Below are positions 1 to 21,685 of a stretch of 64,000 nt of DNA, one piece after another (position 1 is the stretch's first letter; every line of letters starts with the position of its first letter). The notes beneath the pieces are model-generated. The model was given only the letters and a program-made list of their open reading frames with translations, had not been told where the DNA came from and made no database searches. The DNA comes from Phoronis australis (taxonomy: Eukaryota; Animalia; Phoronida): positions 530,527-594,526 of the forward strand of contig NMRA01000200.1 in assembly GCA_002633005.1 (NCBI GenBank), written 5' to 3'. The position numbers and the translations under genes were made by a program.

Positions 1-1280
1 AAGGATGAGTGATAACAACGGTGGCCATAGCGGGGATGATGATGTTTGAGACGCTACACGATATAGACCTACTTAACGCTTTAAAAAGTTGCTTTACGCC
101 TTGAATAATTACTTTACGTCGCAGATAATTACTTTAAGCCACAGATAATTACTTTACACCTCTAAATAATTACTTTACACCACTAACAAGAATTATCTTA
201 CACACGTAATGTTCACCCATTTTGACAAACTATAGATGTCGGTACGTGTTTCATGGAAGACGATAATGACACATGACAATGACAGATACAATGGTGAGAG
301 AGACAACGAAGGTGATGACGAGAGCAGACATAACTATGTTTAGTAACAATGACGTTAATAACTGATGACATTGATCAATGACGTTGACTGATGAAAAAGG
401 AACAGCATGTGTTGTAGCAGATCGCCAATAGATTGCGATAGGTATAATAAGTTCCCTGAAATGGCTGCCGATTTCACAATCTGCTTGGCTAAAGTGGACC
501 AACTTCGGAATAGTATAGTTATGAAGTGGAGTAATTGAGGGTCATGAAGTGGATATGTGTGGATAGCCAGATGTCTGAGGAATGTAACAATATCAAAATC
601 ATTTATGTAGACCCACATTTAGTGGATTTATTTTGAATAAGTTAGAGTCCATTATATCTGACTAGTGCCCAAAAACGCCATGCGTACTAACTACTTTGAC
701 ACACACGCGAGTCGGTTAAAGAATTATCCGATGAGTTACGGATATACGGCAATTGCCGGTGTCATCATAGAAGGTTACGAAATGGTCTAGCTAAGTGTAA
801 GGTTATCGATGCCGTGACTTTCCGTGAAAAAACGGCAATTTTCGTGTGTCAAAGTAGTTAGTGTGCTTGGGCTTTTTGGGAAGATTTTTGAGGTCCCGCA
901 ATCAAAATTTTTCGAACAGTCCTTCATTCAGTTGCCCAAATCGGCAACTAGCCATTTTTATACTGCTCTCGCCATGGGATATGACATCAACCTATGTTGC
1001 GCCATCTAGTGTTTTCATTGCTTTTGTCTTTTTTCTTTGTTGCTTGCCTCCTTGTCTTCCAAACTTCATAAAAAATCGTGATGAGGTGTAAAGGGTGTGT
1101 TCCTGTTCAGGAGAGTATTTGACTTGTTTTGCACCTTCTAGAATGATCATCCCAGTTTTATATGCACTTTGTGAAATTGCATATCAATGCTCTTGTTTAC
1201 GGTACCCTGTTCACTAATTAACAGTGCAATTTGAAACAAAATACCAGAATTGTTTTCAATTTGTAGTTAATTTGCACTTC

Positions 1281-2580
1281 TGACTTACTTGACTTAAAAC
1301 CCTTGCCACCCCGTGGTGGATAGGGCCTCTGTGACTGAACGCCATCAAATCCTGTTGTTCGCCATCTATCTTATTTGCTGCATGTTATATCCAGTTTCAC
1401 GAAGTTCGGCTTCCATTGTCCACCTCCACGTTTGGACTGGACTGCCTTGTCGACGACTTCCCTGCAGGTTCCAGGACGGGGCTTGTGTTGTGATGCTTTC
1501 GTCAGGTTTTCTGAGGGTGTGTCCAACCCATTTTTGCCGCTTTATCTGAGTCTACCCTCCCATGCCGAGTTTTTCGCCAAATCTCTTCATTTGTGATATC
1601 TGACCATTTAATCTGTAGGATTTGTCGCAGACATCTATTTACAAAGACCTGGACTCTATTAACCAATGTTTTTGTAAGTCTCCACGTCTCTGAACCTTAA
1701 AGAAGAACAGACATCACATTAGTGTTGAAGATTCTTAACTTTGCCTTGAGTGAGTAGGTCTTTGAGCGCCATACAGGCTTTAGCATAGCGTGTGCCTGAC
1801 GAGCTTTCTTGATGCGTGCTTTAATATCCTCTTCAGTTCCTCCACTTGTGCTAGCGACAGTCTCCCCAGATAAGTAAATTCTGAGACATTGTCAATCTCT
1901 TCACTATGCAGGATAACATTATTTACTTGTCTGCTATGTATACGCATCATATTAGTCTTCTTGGTATTGATGGACAGACCTAATCGTTTAGCAGTCTCTG
2001 ACAGTGCGGCTGTCCTTGTACACAAATCTTGGAAGCGGTGCGACAGAAGACATAAGTCATCTGCATACTCCAGGTCATCTAATCGTTTTGTAAATGTCCA
2101 TTGGATTCCTACTGGTTGGCCCGAAAAAACAACTCTGGTAACCCAGTCCAGTACTACTGGAAAGGAGAGAGAAGGCACCCTTGCCTAACTTCTGAATTAA
2201 GTGGGAATGGTTTAGTCAGCTGATTTCATGCAACACCTGACATGTAAAGTCTTCATGAAGTTTTGTAACTAGTCTGACAATAGGTATACCATAGTGCCTC
2301 AGAATCTTCCAGGTAGCGTTTCGATCAATAATATCAAAAGCCTTACGAAAGTCTATAAAATTCATGTAGAGGGAGGAATTTCTCTCAATTGATTGTTCGA
2401 TTATGCAATCTGGTCTGTACTTGATGAAATCCTGCCTGTTCATCCCGAAGTCTGGTGTCTACTGCGTCCTTAATTCTGGTTAACAGGATCCTAGTGAAGA
2501 TTTTGCTGGGAATAGAGAGGAGAGTGATACCTCGCCAATTCTTAGTGTAAAAGTTTCCTTTCTTTGCCAAAGTTGTCATT
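1281..2580 (-). mobile_element. 5'-truncated, decayed non-LTR retrotransposon (RTE-clade-like) RT region and 3' end
   Basis: RT motifs split across frames (NWRGITLLSIPSKIF, EQAGF, FIDFRKAFD, LEYADDLCLL, INTKKT), frameshifts and stops, short TAAG-type repeat tail at about 1281-1296. Confidence 0.88.
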
Positions 2581-2698
2581 TACAATTCTAATTACCATTT
2601 TAAAAATGCATTTCTGGGCAAATTTAATTCATTGGAGTTGTCACCGTCTTCCAAAATATGTTGTTTCCAAAACGAAAAGTTAAGCAAATGGCATGTGC

Positions 2699-2930
2699 AT
2701 GTGTCACAATGCCTATGTTTGAAATCTGTCTCTGTATGTGTCACAAGGCCACTGTTTGAAGTCTATCTCTGTATGTGTCACAATGCCTCTGTTTGAAATC
2801 TGTCTCTGTATGTGTCACAAGGCCACTGTTTGAAGTCTATCTCTGTATGTGTCACAAGGCCACTGTTTGAAGTCTATCTCAGTCTGTATGTGTCACAAGC
2901 CTACTGTTTGAAATCTGTCTCTGTATGTGT
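2699..2930. repeat. Minisatellite, ~37-bp unit (tgtgtcacaaggccactgtttgaagtctatctctgta), about 6 copies
   Basis: Direct inspection; a degenerate remainder continues at 4149-4178. Confidence 0.9.
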
Positions 2931-2931
2931 T

Positions 2932-4148
2932 CACGGGTGAGAAAAAACATGACCGCTGGTCCTCTAAATCGGACCAACTCACCCAAAACAGGACTGACGC
3001 ACCTAAAAACATGACCGCCCCACTACAAAACAGGACCGCTGGGGACTGAGTAGTTAAGGCTTTTGTGTGATACTGCGGGTTATGACGTAACCGGTCAGAT
3101 AGCTGTGTAAAGACTATCGCCAAAATAAAGCTTGACAGCTTAGCGTTATTGAGCTCCGTTACATCCCCGAAATTTCCCACATCCCGGGTAGTTCTGCTCG
3201 TCACCTCGTCGTGAAACTTACATCAACTTGTAGTAGAGCGCGCGACCAGCGCAGGCACATGCAAAATGTAGGCGTCAACCAACTCTCACCTTGCAGGTTG
3301 CAACCGCTTGAGTGAAAAACAATCTATGAACTATTGTAACAATAAGTCTGTCGCGCTCGTGACATGTGCACGCGCCATTTCCTCAGAAAAATTTTGCCAG
3401 GGGGAAAAGGAACCGGCCAATGTAAGCTGACTTAAGAGAACGCAGAATAACGACAGAACAACAATTTTTCTCGAGCGCCGATGAAATAATTTAGTTTACT
3501 CAAGGAAGAGTGTCGTTAATAACACAAATTCGCCGGGTGAAGATTTTACCAGTTTTTTACCCACATCGGCACAAAGTTGTATATTTAGTATACAGCTTGG
3601 CCGCACAAAGGCAGCTAGTATGATGCTTCACACGAGAACCAGAACGCCCGTTTTTTACTTGACTAACTTTAAACGTCAAATTGGAGAAAATGATTTTCAT
3701 TTTGTTCTAAAACTTACGCAGTGGATAAAATTCTAATTATTTAGCTCAAAAGCGTACAACGTGGTTGTTTTGTACTGTTAGATTTATTAAATGTTGACCT
3801 TTCAACTGTTTATAGGTCACATACCGCAGCCGGGAGCCTGGAGATGAGTAAAACTCAAAAGTACCGCGTATTACAAAGCGAAGTGTCCTCTGTTGTGCAC
3901 AAAAGATTTCGGTGGATTAGTCGGCACAAGACCTGCATATGCATACGTATATAGCCCCATTGTATGATCTGTGTAGGCCTAACGGTAATAAATCTTAGTT
4001 ATTGCGGTTTTAGTCCCCGGCGGTCCTGTTTTGTGGTGGGGCGGTCATGTTTTTAGGTGTGTCAGTCCCATTTTCTGGTGCGGCAGTCTCATTTGATCCC
4101 CGGAGGTCCTGTTTAGAGGACCGGCGGTCATGTTGTTTCTCACCCGTG
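2932..4148. mobile_element. Non-autonomous TIR DNA transposon, CAC...GTG termini, 5-bp TSD GTGTT (Transib-like by termini and TSD)
   Basis: Left CACGGGTGAGAAAAAACATGACCGC; right reverse complement CACGGGTGAGAAACAACATGACCGC; imperfect inverted ends of ~120-135 bp; GTGTT at 2927-2931 and 4149-4153. Confidence 0.85.
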
Positions 4149-4563
4149 GTGTTGGAAGCCCAGTTTGAAGTCTGTTTCAGACTATCAATAAGGCAAAGTG
4201 ATGATGTAAGTAAATGATGACTAAATATTAGATTGCAGTCATAATTAACAAGGTATGTGTCATTTAAATGCCGAAGTTAAAAAAAAGGTACGGGTAATAG
4301 GGCGCTCTTCATTCTGGTATACAAATTTCCACTGTGATATGACTACAAATCAAGTTTCAATGGATTGAAAACGTGATATTCACTTGTTTTGTCATTTTTT
4401 ACCCACATCAGTTCCTATAGAGTTGGTTTTGATGTTCAGTCATAATCACAGCTAGCTTGCGGGCTACAGCACGAGAGATTATCTTGTTCTTTTGAGAGAA
4501 TACCTTTCGTTATATGGCCTTCTGCTGTGGACATGCTCAATGCACTGCTAATAGGTCCATTTA

Positions 4564-5052
4564 AGGCCCTTTCATAATAGCGTCGATGTTTTGGGGAGTT
4601 GCAGTTAACTTCAGTCCTAAATTGAAGTTAACAGTGCCAGTTAACTTCGCAGTAAACAGGTGAATTTAACAGCGGAGTGTCGACGCTGCGGTGTGGTGTG
4701 AACAGTCAACTCCGATCTCATCGAAATTATCGCTAGGGGCCTCTGCTATTGTCAACAATTAAATGACAGTGTCATCGCTGATAGTTTTTTTGCTCAAATA
4801 ATCACCAATCGAAGTAAAAATAAGTATCATATCAATTAAAACAGGTAAATGTTCTCAAATTGTCACGTTAAAAAAATCTTAGCGCGCACAGGATGCATCA
4901 GCACTACCTTTTGATTACTTTGATGACGACAACATCACCTACGTTTATGTCGATGCCGTTAACTACGGAAGGTGGTATGAAGGATGCAAATAACTTTGCA
5001 GTTTACATCAACGTTCTTCTCATACCAGAGTTAAGTTAGTATGAAAGGACCT
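4564..5052. mobile_element. MITE with AGGCCCTTTCATA termini (PIF/Harbinger-like), copy 1
   Basis: Inverted termini in TA/TAA context; inverted homolog at 9312-9815. Confidence 0.8.
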
Positions 5053-5333
5053 TAAAACAGTGTGGTCAACCAGGTGTTAAGTCTCATAGACATGGCATTG
5101 AATATCGTTAAGTGGCCAGCTTGTGTATAGTAATTCTCCATTCATTTTGTGCACTGGTCTCATTTTGCATACTATTAGGACTTGATTTTTGATATACGTT
5201 AGTATTCTGGATAGCTTCATGATATTTGTCAAGCTTTTCTGAGAAAAAAATTGAACAAAAACCAGAGGGTTTATGACCGTATCAGTCCATGTCACAAAGG
5301 CATACTAACTCTTCTGTTAATACTTCTTTTCAG

Positions 5334-15155
<9,822 letters not shown>

Positions 15156-16098
15156 ATAACAAATGCTGGACAACAGGTGTATATGTCATGTGGCATCTTC
15201 CATTTTGGACAATGACAGAGATGAAAAAGCTCACTGTTGGTTATGCCTCATGTCTTATGGTTATAGTGCACATATTTAGGCCTATGTGGCTTTGTGTGAA
15301 TCTGTGACTGTCTCTCATGACATGTTACTCCATTCAAATTCTTTGGGGTTATTAATATCACTCTGAATCACTCTGAATCACTCTGATAAGAGGTTGTGTA
15401 CTCAAGTCTAGTTGCCCCAGTGTGTTGCTCAAGCAGGTTACAGAATAGAAGTAAGAACATAACAACTAAGGAATAGCAGCTTCTTCTCTGACTTGTAGTT
15501 TACAGATTTTTGCCATTCAAACAATGAAAAAGTTCCAATTTTCGATGATGAATTTAGTTCTATAGTCAACAGTATCTAAATTTGACTGGAACGCATACTG
15601 TCATGAATGGGCAGTGGTTATCACTGACACTAATCTCTGTTTCCTTATCCCCAAACTAAAGAAGCCGATCATACAAGTCCAGGCGCTGTGGCCAGTTGCT
15701 AGTGTAATCCCAACTGGTAAGATGCATTTCATAATTGCTGGTTGGGAAATGAGATGTAGCACCTGATGTGGAATTAGATGCATTCGTTTATTATAAAATG
15801 CATGAGCCAAGGAGCAAGCTTTTGACTTATTCATTACAAAATGGTAGACGTGTATTCGGCTTAGCGCTACCTATAAAATGATACCAATTGCTCAGTTTAA
15901 AACATGCACACATACACAGGAGAGCCACCTTAGGATACAAGTGAAGCTTAGGTGGATGCACCAGGTCCAATAAGTGACACGTAAAATGACAATTATTCTA
16001 TCCGAGGTTAGACCACTTTCCACTATAAATCTTGTCTCATCTTTTACTGTCCTAGATGAGACAGTTTGTAATTCCTTAAGACTGCTCAGTGCATAACA

Positions 16099-16600
16099 TG
16101 ATATCCCACGATGAGCCAACTTGTGGAGCCTATATCAAGCAATAACGATGATATCCCTCGATGACCCAACTTGTAGAGCCTATATTAAGCAATAACGATG
16201 ATATCCCATGAATATTAAGCAATAACGATGATATCCCATGATGAGCCAACTTGTGGAGCCTATATCAAGCAATAATGATGATATCCCATGATGAGCCAAC
16301 TTGTGGAGCCTATATCAAGCAAAAACGATGATATCCCATGATGAGCCAACTTGTGGAGCCTATATCAAGCAATAACGATGATATCCCTCGATGACCCAAC
16401 TTGTAGAGCCTATATTAAGCAATAACGATGATATCCCATGAATATTAAGCAATAACGATGATATCCCATGATGAGCCAACTTGTGGAGCCTATATCAAGC
16501 AATAATGATGATATCCCATGATAAGCCAACTTGTGGAGCCTATATCAAGCAAAAACGATGATATCCCATGATGAGCCAACTTGTGGAGCCTATATCAAAC
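16099..16600. repeat. Minisatellite, 50-bp unit with 230-bp higher-order period
   Basis: gatgatatcccatgatgagccaacttgtggagcctatatcaagcaataac; the variant unit and the 30-bp short unit recur 230 bp apart. Confidence 0.93.
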
Positions 16601-17605
16601 AATGGCAAAATGTCATTTTTTTCGAAGCCCTGAAATTCCCTCCCATCTGACTAAGGAACAATTTGAAACCAATTCCACCAGTAAGTGGTCTAAATAAAAA
16701 GTCTTGTTTATGTTGAAAGGCAGGTTTATAACCACTTAAGCAATTAGTTTCTGGAAAAATGCATAATGTTCAGGTATGGGTGCATGGGCCTAAATACCGG
16801 CAAATAGGGTAATGTACTTTCAGATCAGGACTTTGTCATTGTTATTCCTTACATTTTATTGACATTGATTTGTGCTTTAAGGGATGGAAATATGAGTTTT
16901 ATTTCGGCAAAAAGGAATAGATGCTATTGCACTGCAGTGGAGGTCACTGCTCAGAAATGATTGAAATGGTGTACAATTATTGGGTGTAAAATTTTGGTGT
17001 TTAACTTTCACCAATGTCAACATGTTGTTTTTAAACCCAATGATAGGATGCTGGTAAAGACAAGAGTATAGGGATTTGCCAAAATTTCAATATGCAACAT
17101 GAAATGGCTTTCTGTTGACCAACTTGTAGCTGCCGATTCTGTAACTTCTACTTAATTGACTGGACTCAACTCGACTGAATCATACTAGCTGGTGCCTGGA
17201 TATTTATAATCTCTTGCAACTCTGTTTTGTATTTTTTCAAGTCAAGTACATTCTAGAACTTTCCGAATCTACCCAATCATTCTGCAGACATATAGTAGGC
17301 TCTATGTAAATCACTAATATACTGGAAAGTTTCAGAATGTTCTCTACTATTCTGTTGTTAACTAATTACATCATCACTAGCTTGACCTCATAGATCATGT
17401 CAGTCAAGTGCTATCTGAAGGACACGCTCAGACACAAAAAGCCCCCACTGATTGTTTTTCATAAACCTTCTGGGGCTAACTTAGCCTTTTTTAGTCCTCC
17501 AGTTAATCTTTTTTCTTAGCATTGTACTTTGCAGAGTTTCACCACTATGCGCTGCTTCACTATCATAAACGCACCAGTCGTCTACTCAAAGTTCTTTTGT
17601 GAGTG

Positions 17606-17858
17606 TATGCGTGCATCCAGGGGGAGGGGCTCGTTTGAGCCCCCCGTTTGGCGAAGTGGGCAAAAACATCGGCCTCAAAGAAACAAAAACTCCGAAAAAA
17701 GTAGAAAGACAAAAGTCCACAAAATTGCAGCAACTACCAAAATTCCGCAAATGCGCAAATGCGCAATTCGTAGCTCTGGACGGACCCGTGAATCTTATTA
17801 AAAAGTCCACATTCTCAAAAATTCGAGCCTCCCCATTTTTAGGCTGGGTGTGCGCATG
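17606..17858. mobile_element. Small MITE (ATGCGYRCAYCCAG termini, G/C runs), copy 1
   Basis: Inverted ends; direct homolog at 25077-25301 (shared aagtgggcaaaaa, agacaaaagtccac, aaaattcgagcc, ttttaggctgg). Confidence 0.65.
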
Positions 17859-19981
17859 GAGTGTCCTTATCTCTGTGATTGCTTGATCAAATTGGTTGCA
17901 AACACAACATGTAGCGACGATGTGGGTATGAAGCAGGTTGAAAATTGCCAAATGTTTTCAGTTATGAACGAGTTATGTGTCGAAAATGATCTGCCGTAAA
18001 TCACTCAACAATGTCCAGTAAGTATCGTGGCGTAGTGTTGGAGAATAACACTGCATGATGCAGCTATGTGAGCCCCCAAGGTACGTCATTAGTGCAAAGG
18101 TCACCTATTTGCAGAATTTTTTGTTTTCACATTTAGAAGTTGTCAGTGATTACAACTGCACTTTGTTTAACGTAGATAATGTTCAAATAGCATTGTCGTT
18201 TTATTTCCTGCTATACATTAGCATAGTTAGGAGCATGTAAATACATCTTAAACAAGGCTGATAAAGACATACATGGGAAAAGTTGCTATTTCAAACGAAT
18301 ATGACATCAAAATACAAGTTCTGTCTGGCTGTAAAGACACTAATGTCGACAGCAGTGACCCCTAGCGCGTCAGCCAGGCTGCATGTTGGAATCCCCAAAT
18401 TTCTTCGTTAGTCTCGCACTCTAGGCTTATGTTTGTAATTTTAGTTAACTTTTTCACGTCGTAAAACCATGACAAACCAACTATTAGCAGAAGTGTGGCC
18501 AGGATCCAACAAATGAGGCAAATGCAAAATGCAAAGAATTGTTTGGAAATGATGTTTTATTTTTGTCACGTCATTTTAAAATCAACACTTGCATTTAACT
18601 TTAAAACACACATGTAGTTTAACATATGTCTATAAAATCGCTATTTTGTACGATTTCGGGTGGAGGGAGGGGGTGTTGGGATAAGCGTACGGTTGTGCAT
18701 CCATGAAAATGTTGGTTATTGTGAACGGTCCCTAAGTACATCACGTTAGTTTTCGGACTGTATATAACTCACCTACCTTCAAGTTGTAGAAATATATGAT
18801 TTTCAGATTATCTAATGGGGGGAGAGTTAAAATTGTTTATTTTTGCAGTCGAAGCTCTCAGACGCGCATTTGACATATGGTGTTTTAATAACACATTGCA
18901 AATCCATCGATTACCACGACGCAGTCGATGATGGGGGAAAGGGGTGGCATGGGTTCATTTGGCATACGCTGAATTTTTTTTTTGATTGATGGTTTCGATG
19001 TTCTTGTTGGTAACGGAAATAGAATTCTATCACGGTAAAGAATATGAGAACGACTTTATGAGAGTACTACTCTTTTGAAAAGCCCTTATTCGATTTTCGT
19101 TTTTATCACCAAAAAGAGCTCAAATGTATCTTTAACACTGGCAAAATACACCGTGTCTTTCTTTGTCGGGGTCCGTATTTAATGCGAAAAGTTTTGAACC
19201 CCTGTTGCTGTTGAAAACTTGGTCACTGCTCAGTTGAAAATGCGTTGAAGGGACGGGCGGTTAAATTTCAGAAGTAAATATTTCTCCACTCTTGACAGTG
19301 GATAACGGAGTCAACCGTTGCTTTCTTTTTCTGAAGTTGGCTGTACTTCGGGAGCAAGTTTTCGGTTATACAGAATTTATTAAATGCACGACACTTTTCA
19401 ATGGTCACTACGTCGCTACGTGGAGCAAAATGTGCTGCGTTCATTGAAAGTATTAGAGTCCTTTCAGTTTTAATTGCTTTTGAGAACCCTGTTTTGAAGG
19501 AGCAGTAAATAGGGTCGCGCCGCACGTTACGCTTCTTTGCGTGACTTTTTGGCCTGTTACCCCCCTTCATTGGCCATTCTTTGCAGTATTTCACACCCGC
19601 CGTGTCTCACTGTGTGTGTCATCAGCTTATACTCTGTGGTGGCATTACTGCGACATTTTATCTTCACTTGAGAATGAAACAAGTATGTTTCGAAATATCG
19701 TGTGTCTTTTAATTATGTCTCTAGGTCAGTTACTGTATCTATGTTCAGTTGAGAGTAGAGTTTTGTTCCGAAAGTACGAACGTAACGGAATAAAGACTGT
19801 GAACAATGAAAATTGTCGTGCATTTAACATTTTCTGAAGTTGTATATCACTTGATATTTGGGAACCTGACAGAAAGGGGGTTTGATGACAGGATCACTTT
19901 GTTGCTCATTTCCTATTTTTGAAATTATTTATCATTTCATATTGATGGGCCCCAGGTGTCCACTCATGCCCATACTTTGTT

Positions 19982-21685
19982 TTTTATGCGCCCACATATT
20001 TATATGTGGACGCATTATGCCGTTATCTCCGTCCGGTGGTCGGTGTCCGCTGCTCTATCTTTAAAACGGCGCATGTTCATGAAATTTTGCACATGTGTTC
20101 TTTCCGTGGATGGGACGGCATGAGCGAACTTTTGGACGAATCCGAGTACCGGTGTGCCCCCCTAGTGGCAAGCTTAGTTTTTTTTTTACATTTACCTCTG
20201 TATCTTCAAAAGTCCTCAGCGGATTTAAATTTGGTGCGTAGGCACCTATTAGTAAAGATGACGCTATCCTCCCGTGTTCGGATAGATTTGACGTAGTTTG
20301 CGCCACCTAGTGGCCATTTTTACTGTTTAGTGGAGTCTGTTTTTGCGTCCACCCATCTATCAACCAAACCGCGCAAAGGATGATTGTGAAAATTGGCATA
20401 TATGTTCTTACTATAAAGTGGACGACTGACGATGATTTTCCGACGACTTCGACTGCTGTGGCGCCTCCTAGTGGCAACTTTGTTTTTTGCGCCTATGGCT
20501 GTAAGTCTCCTAAACCTTTCGCAGGATTTTTACTAAATTTAGTAAGTGTATTTATATGATGTTAACCGACGGAGGACGACTTTCGGACAGATCTGACTAC
20601 TGGTGTACCCCGTAGTGGCTATTTTATTTTTTTACGTTTACCTCTGTATCTTCAAAGGTCCTCAACATATTTTCATAAAATTTGACATACAGGCATCTGT
20701 TTTTGAGGTGACGATAACTCTCCATTTTCAAATGGATTCAACCTAGTTTGCGCCACCTAGCGGCCAATTTTACTGTTTTCAAGTCGTTTTTTTGGCGTCC
20801 ACTCATCTATCGACCAAACCGCTTTCAGGATAATTGTGAAAGTTGACATGTATGTTTTTACTAAGAGTGGAGGGCTGACGATGATTTTCCGTTTTCGACA
20901 ACTGCAGCGCCTCCTAGCGGCAGTTTTGTTTTTTGCGCTCATGGTTCACGGTATCTCCTAAACAATTTGCAGGATCTTTACTTAATTTAGCAAATGTATT
21001 TATATGATATTGACAACGGACGACGACGACTTTCGGACGGATCTGATTACTGGTGTGCCCCCTAGTGGCAATTTTAGTTTTTTACGTTTACTTCTGCATT
21101 TTCAAAGGTCCTAAACAGATTTTCATAAAATTTTGAATGTTGGCATCTATTGGTAAGATGACGCTATCCTCCTGTTTTTGGATGGAATTGAGGTATTTTG
21201 CGCCACCTAGTGGCCATTTTTGCTGTTTTTAAATCTTGTTTTTTGGCGTCCACTGACCCCTTTATCAAACAAATCATTCTATTGTTTTGAAAAGTGGCCT
21301 ATATGTTCTTAGTGTGAAGAGGACGTTTGATGATGGCGACTGACTACGGTGGCGCCTCCTAGTGGTACTTTCGTTTTGTTTTGCGCCCATAGCTGTATCT
21401 CTTAAACCCACTGCAGGATCTTTATTAAATTTAGTAAGTGTATTTATATGACGATAACAACAGACGACGACGACTTTTAGGTGGACCCAACGGACGCTGT
21501 GCCCACAAGTGGCAATTTCATTTTATTCTACTCTGAAATTCCTTGACAGATTTTTATGAAATATGACATGTTCCCGTTTTTGGATGGATTGTACGTTTTT
21601 TGCGCGATCTAGTGGCCAAACCCTAAAAGCATACCATTTGCTATGCATTCGTAGGCGCATTTCAGCGCTCCGCGTTGCTCTTGTT
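19982..21685 (+). mobile_element. Full-length DINE-1/HINE (Helentron-associated)-like element
   Basis: T-run, 5' subterminal hairpin atgcgcccacatat/atatgtggacgcat, GTCC-like tract, ~450-bp units of three ~150-bp monomers, 3' subTIR ggcgcat plus stem-loop then ctcttgtt. Confidence 0.87.

Noticed and set aside
251-1091. Short ORFs as genes or as NSUN5 exon 1
   Set aside because: No recognisable motifs and no NSUN5-like N-terminal residues
16099-16600. CRISPR-like repeats
   Set aside because: Head-to-tail units without spacers
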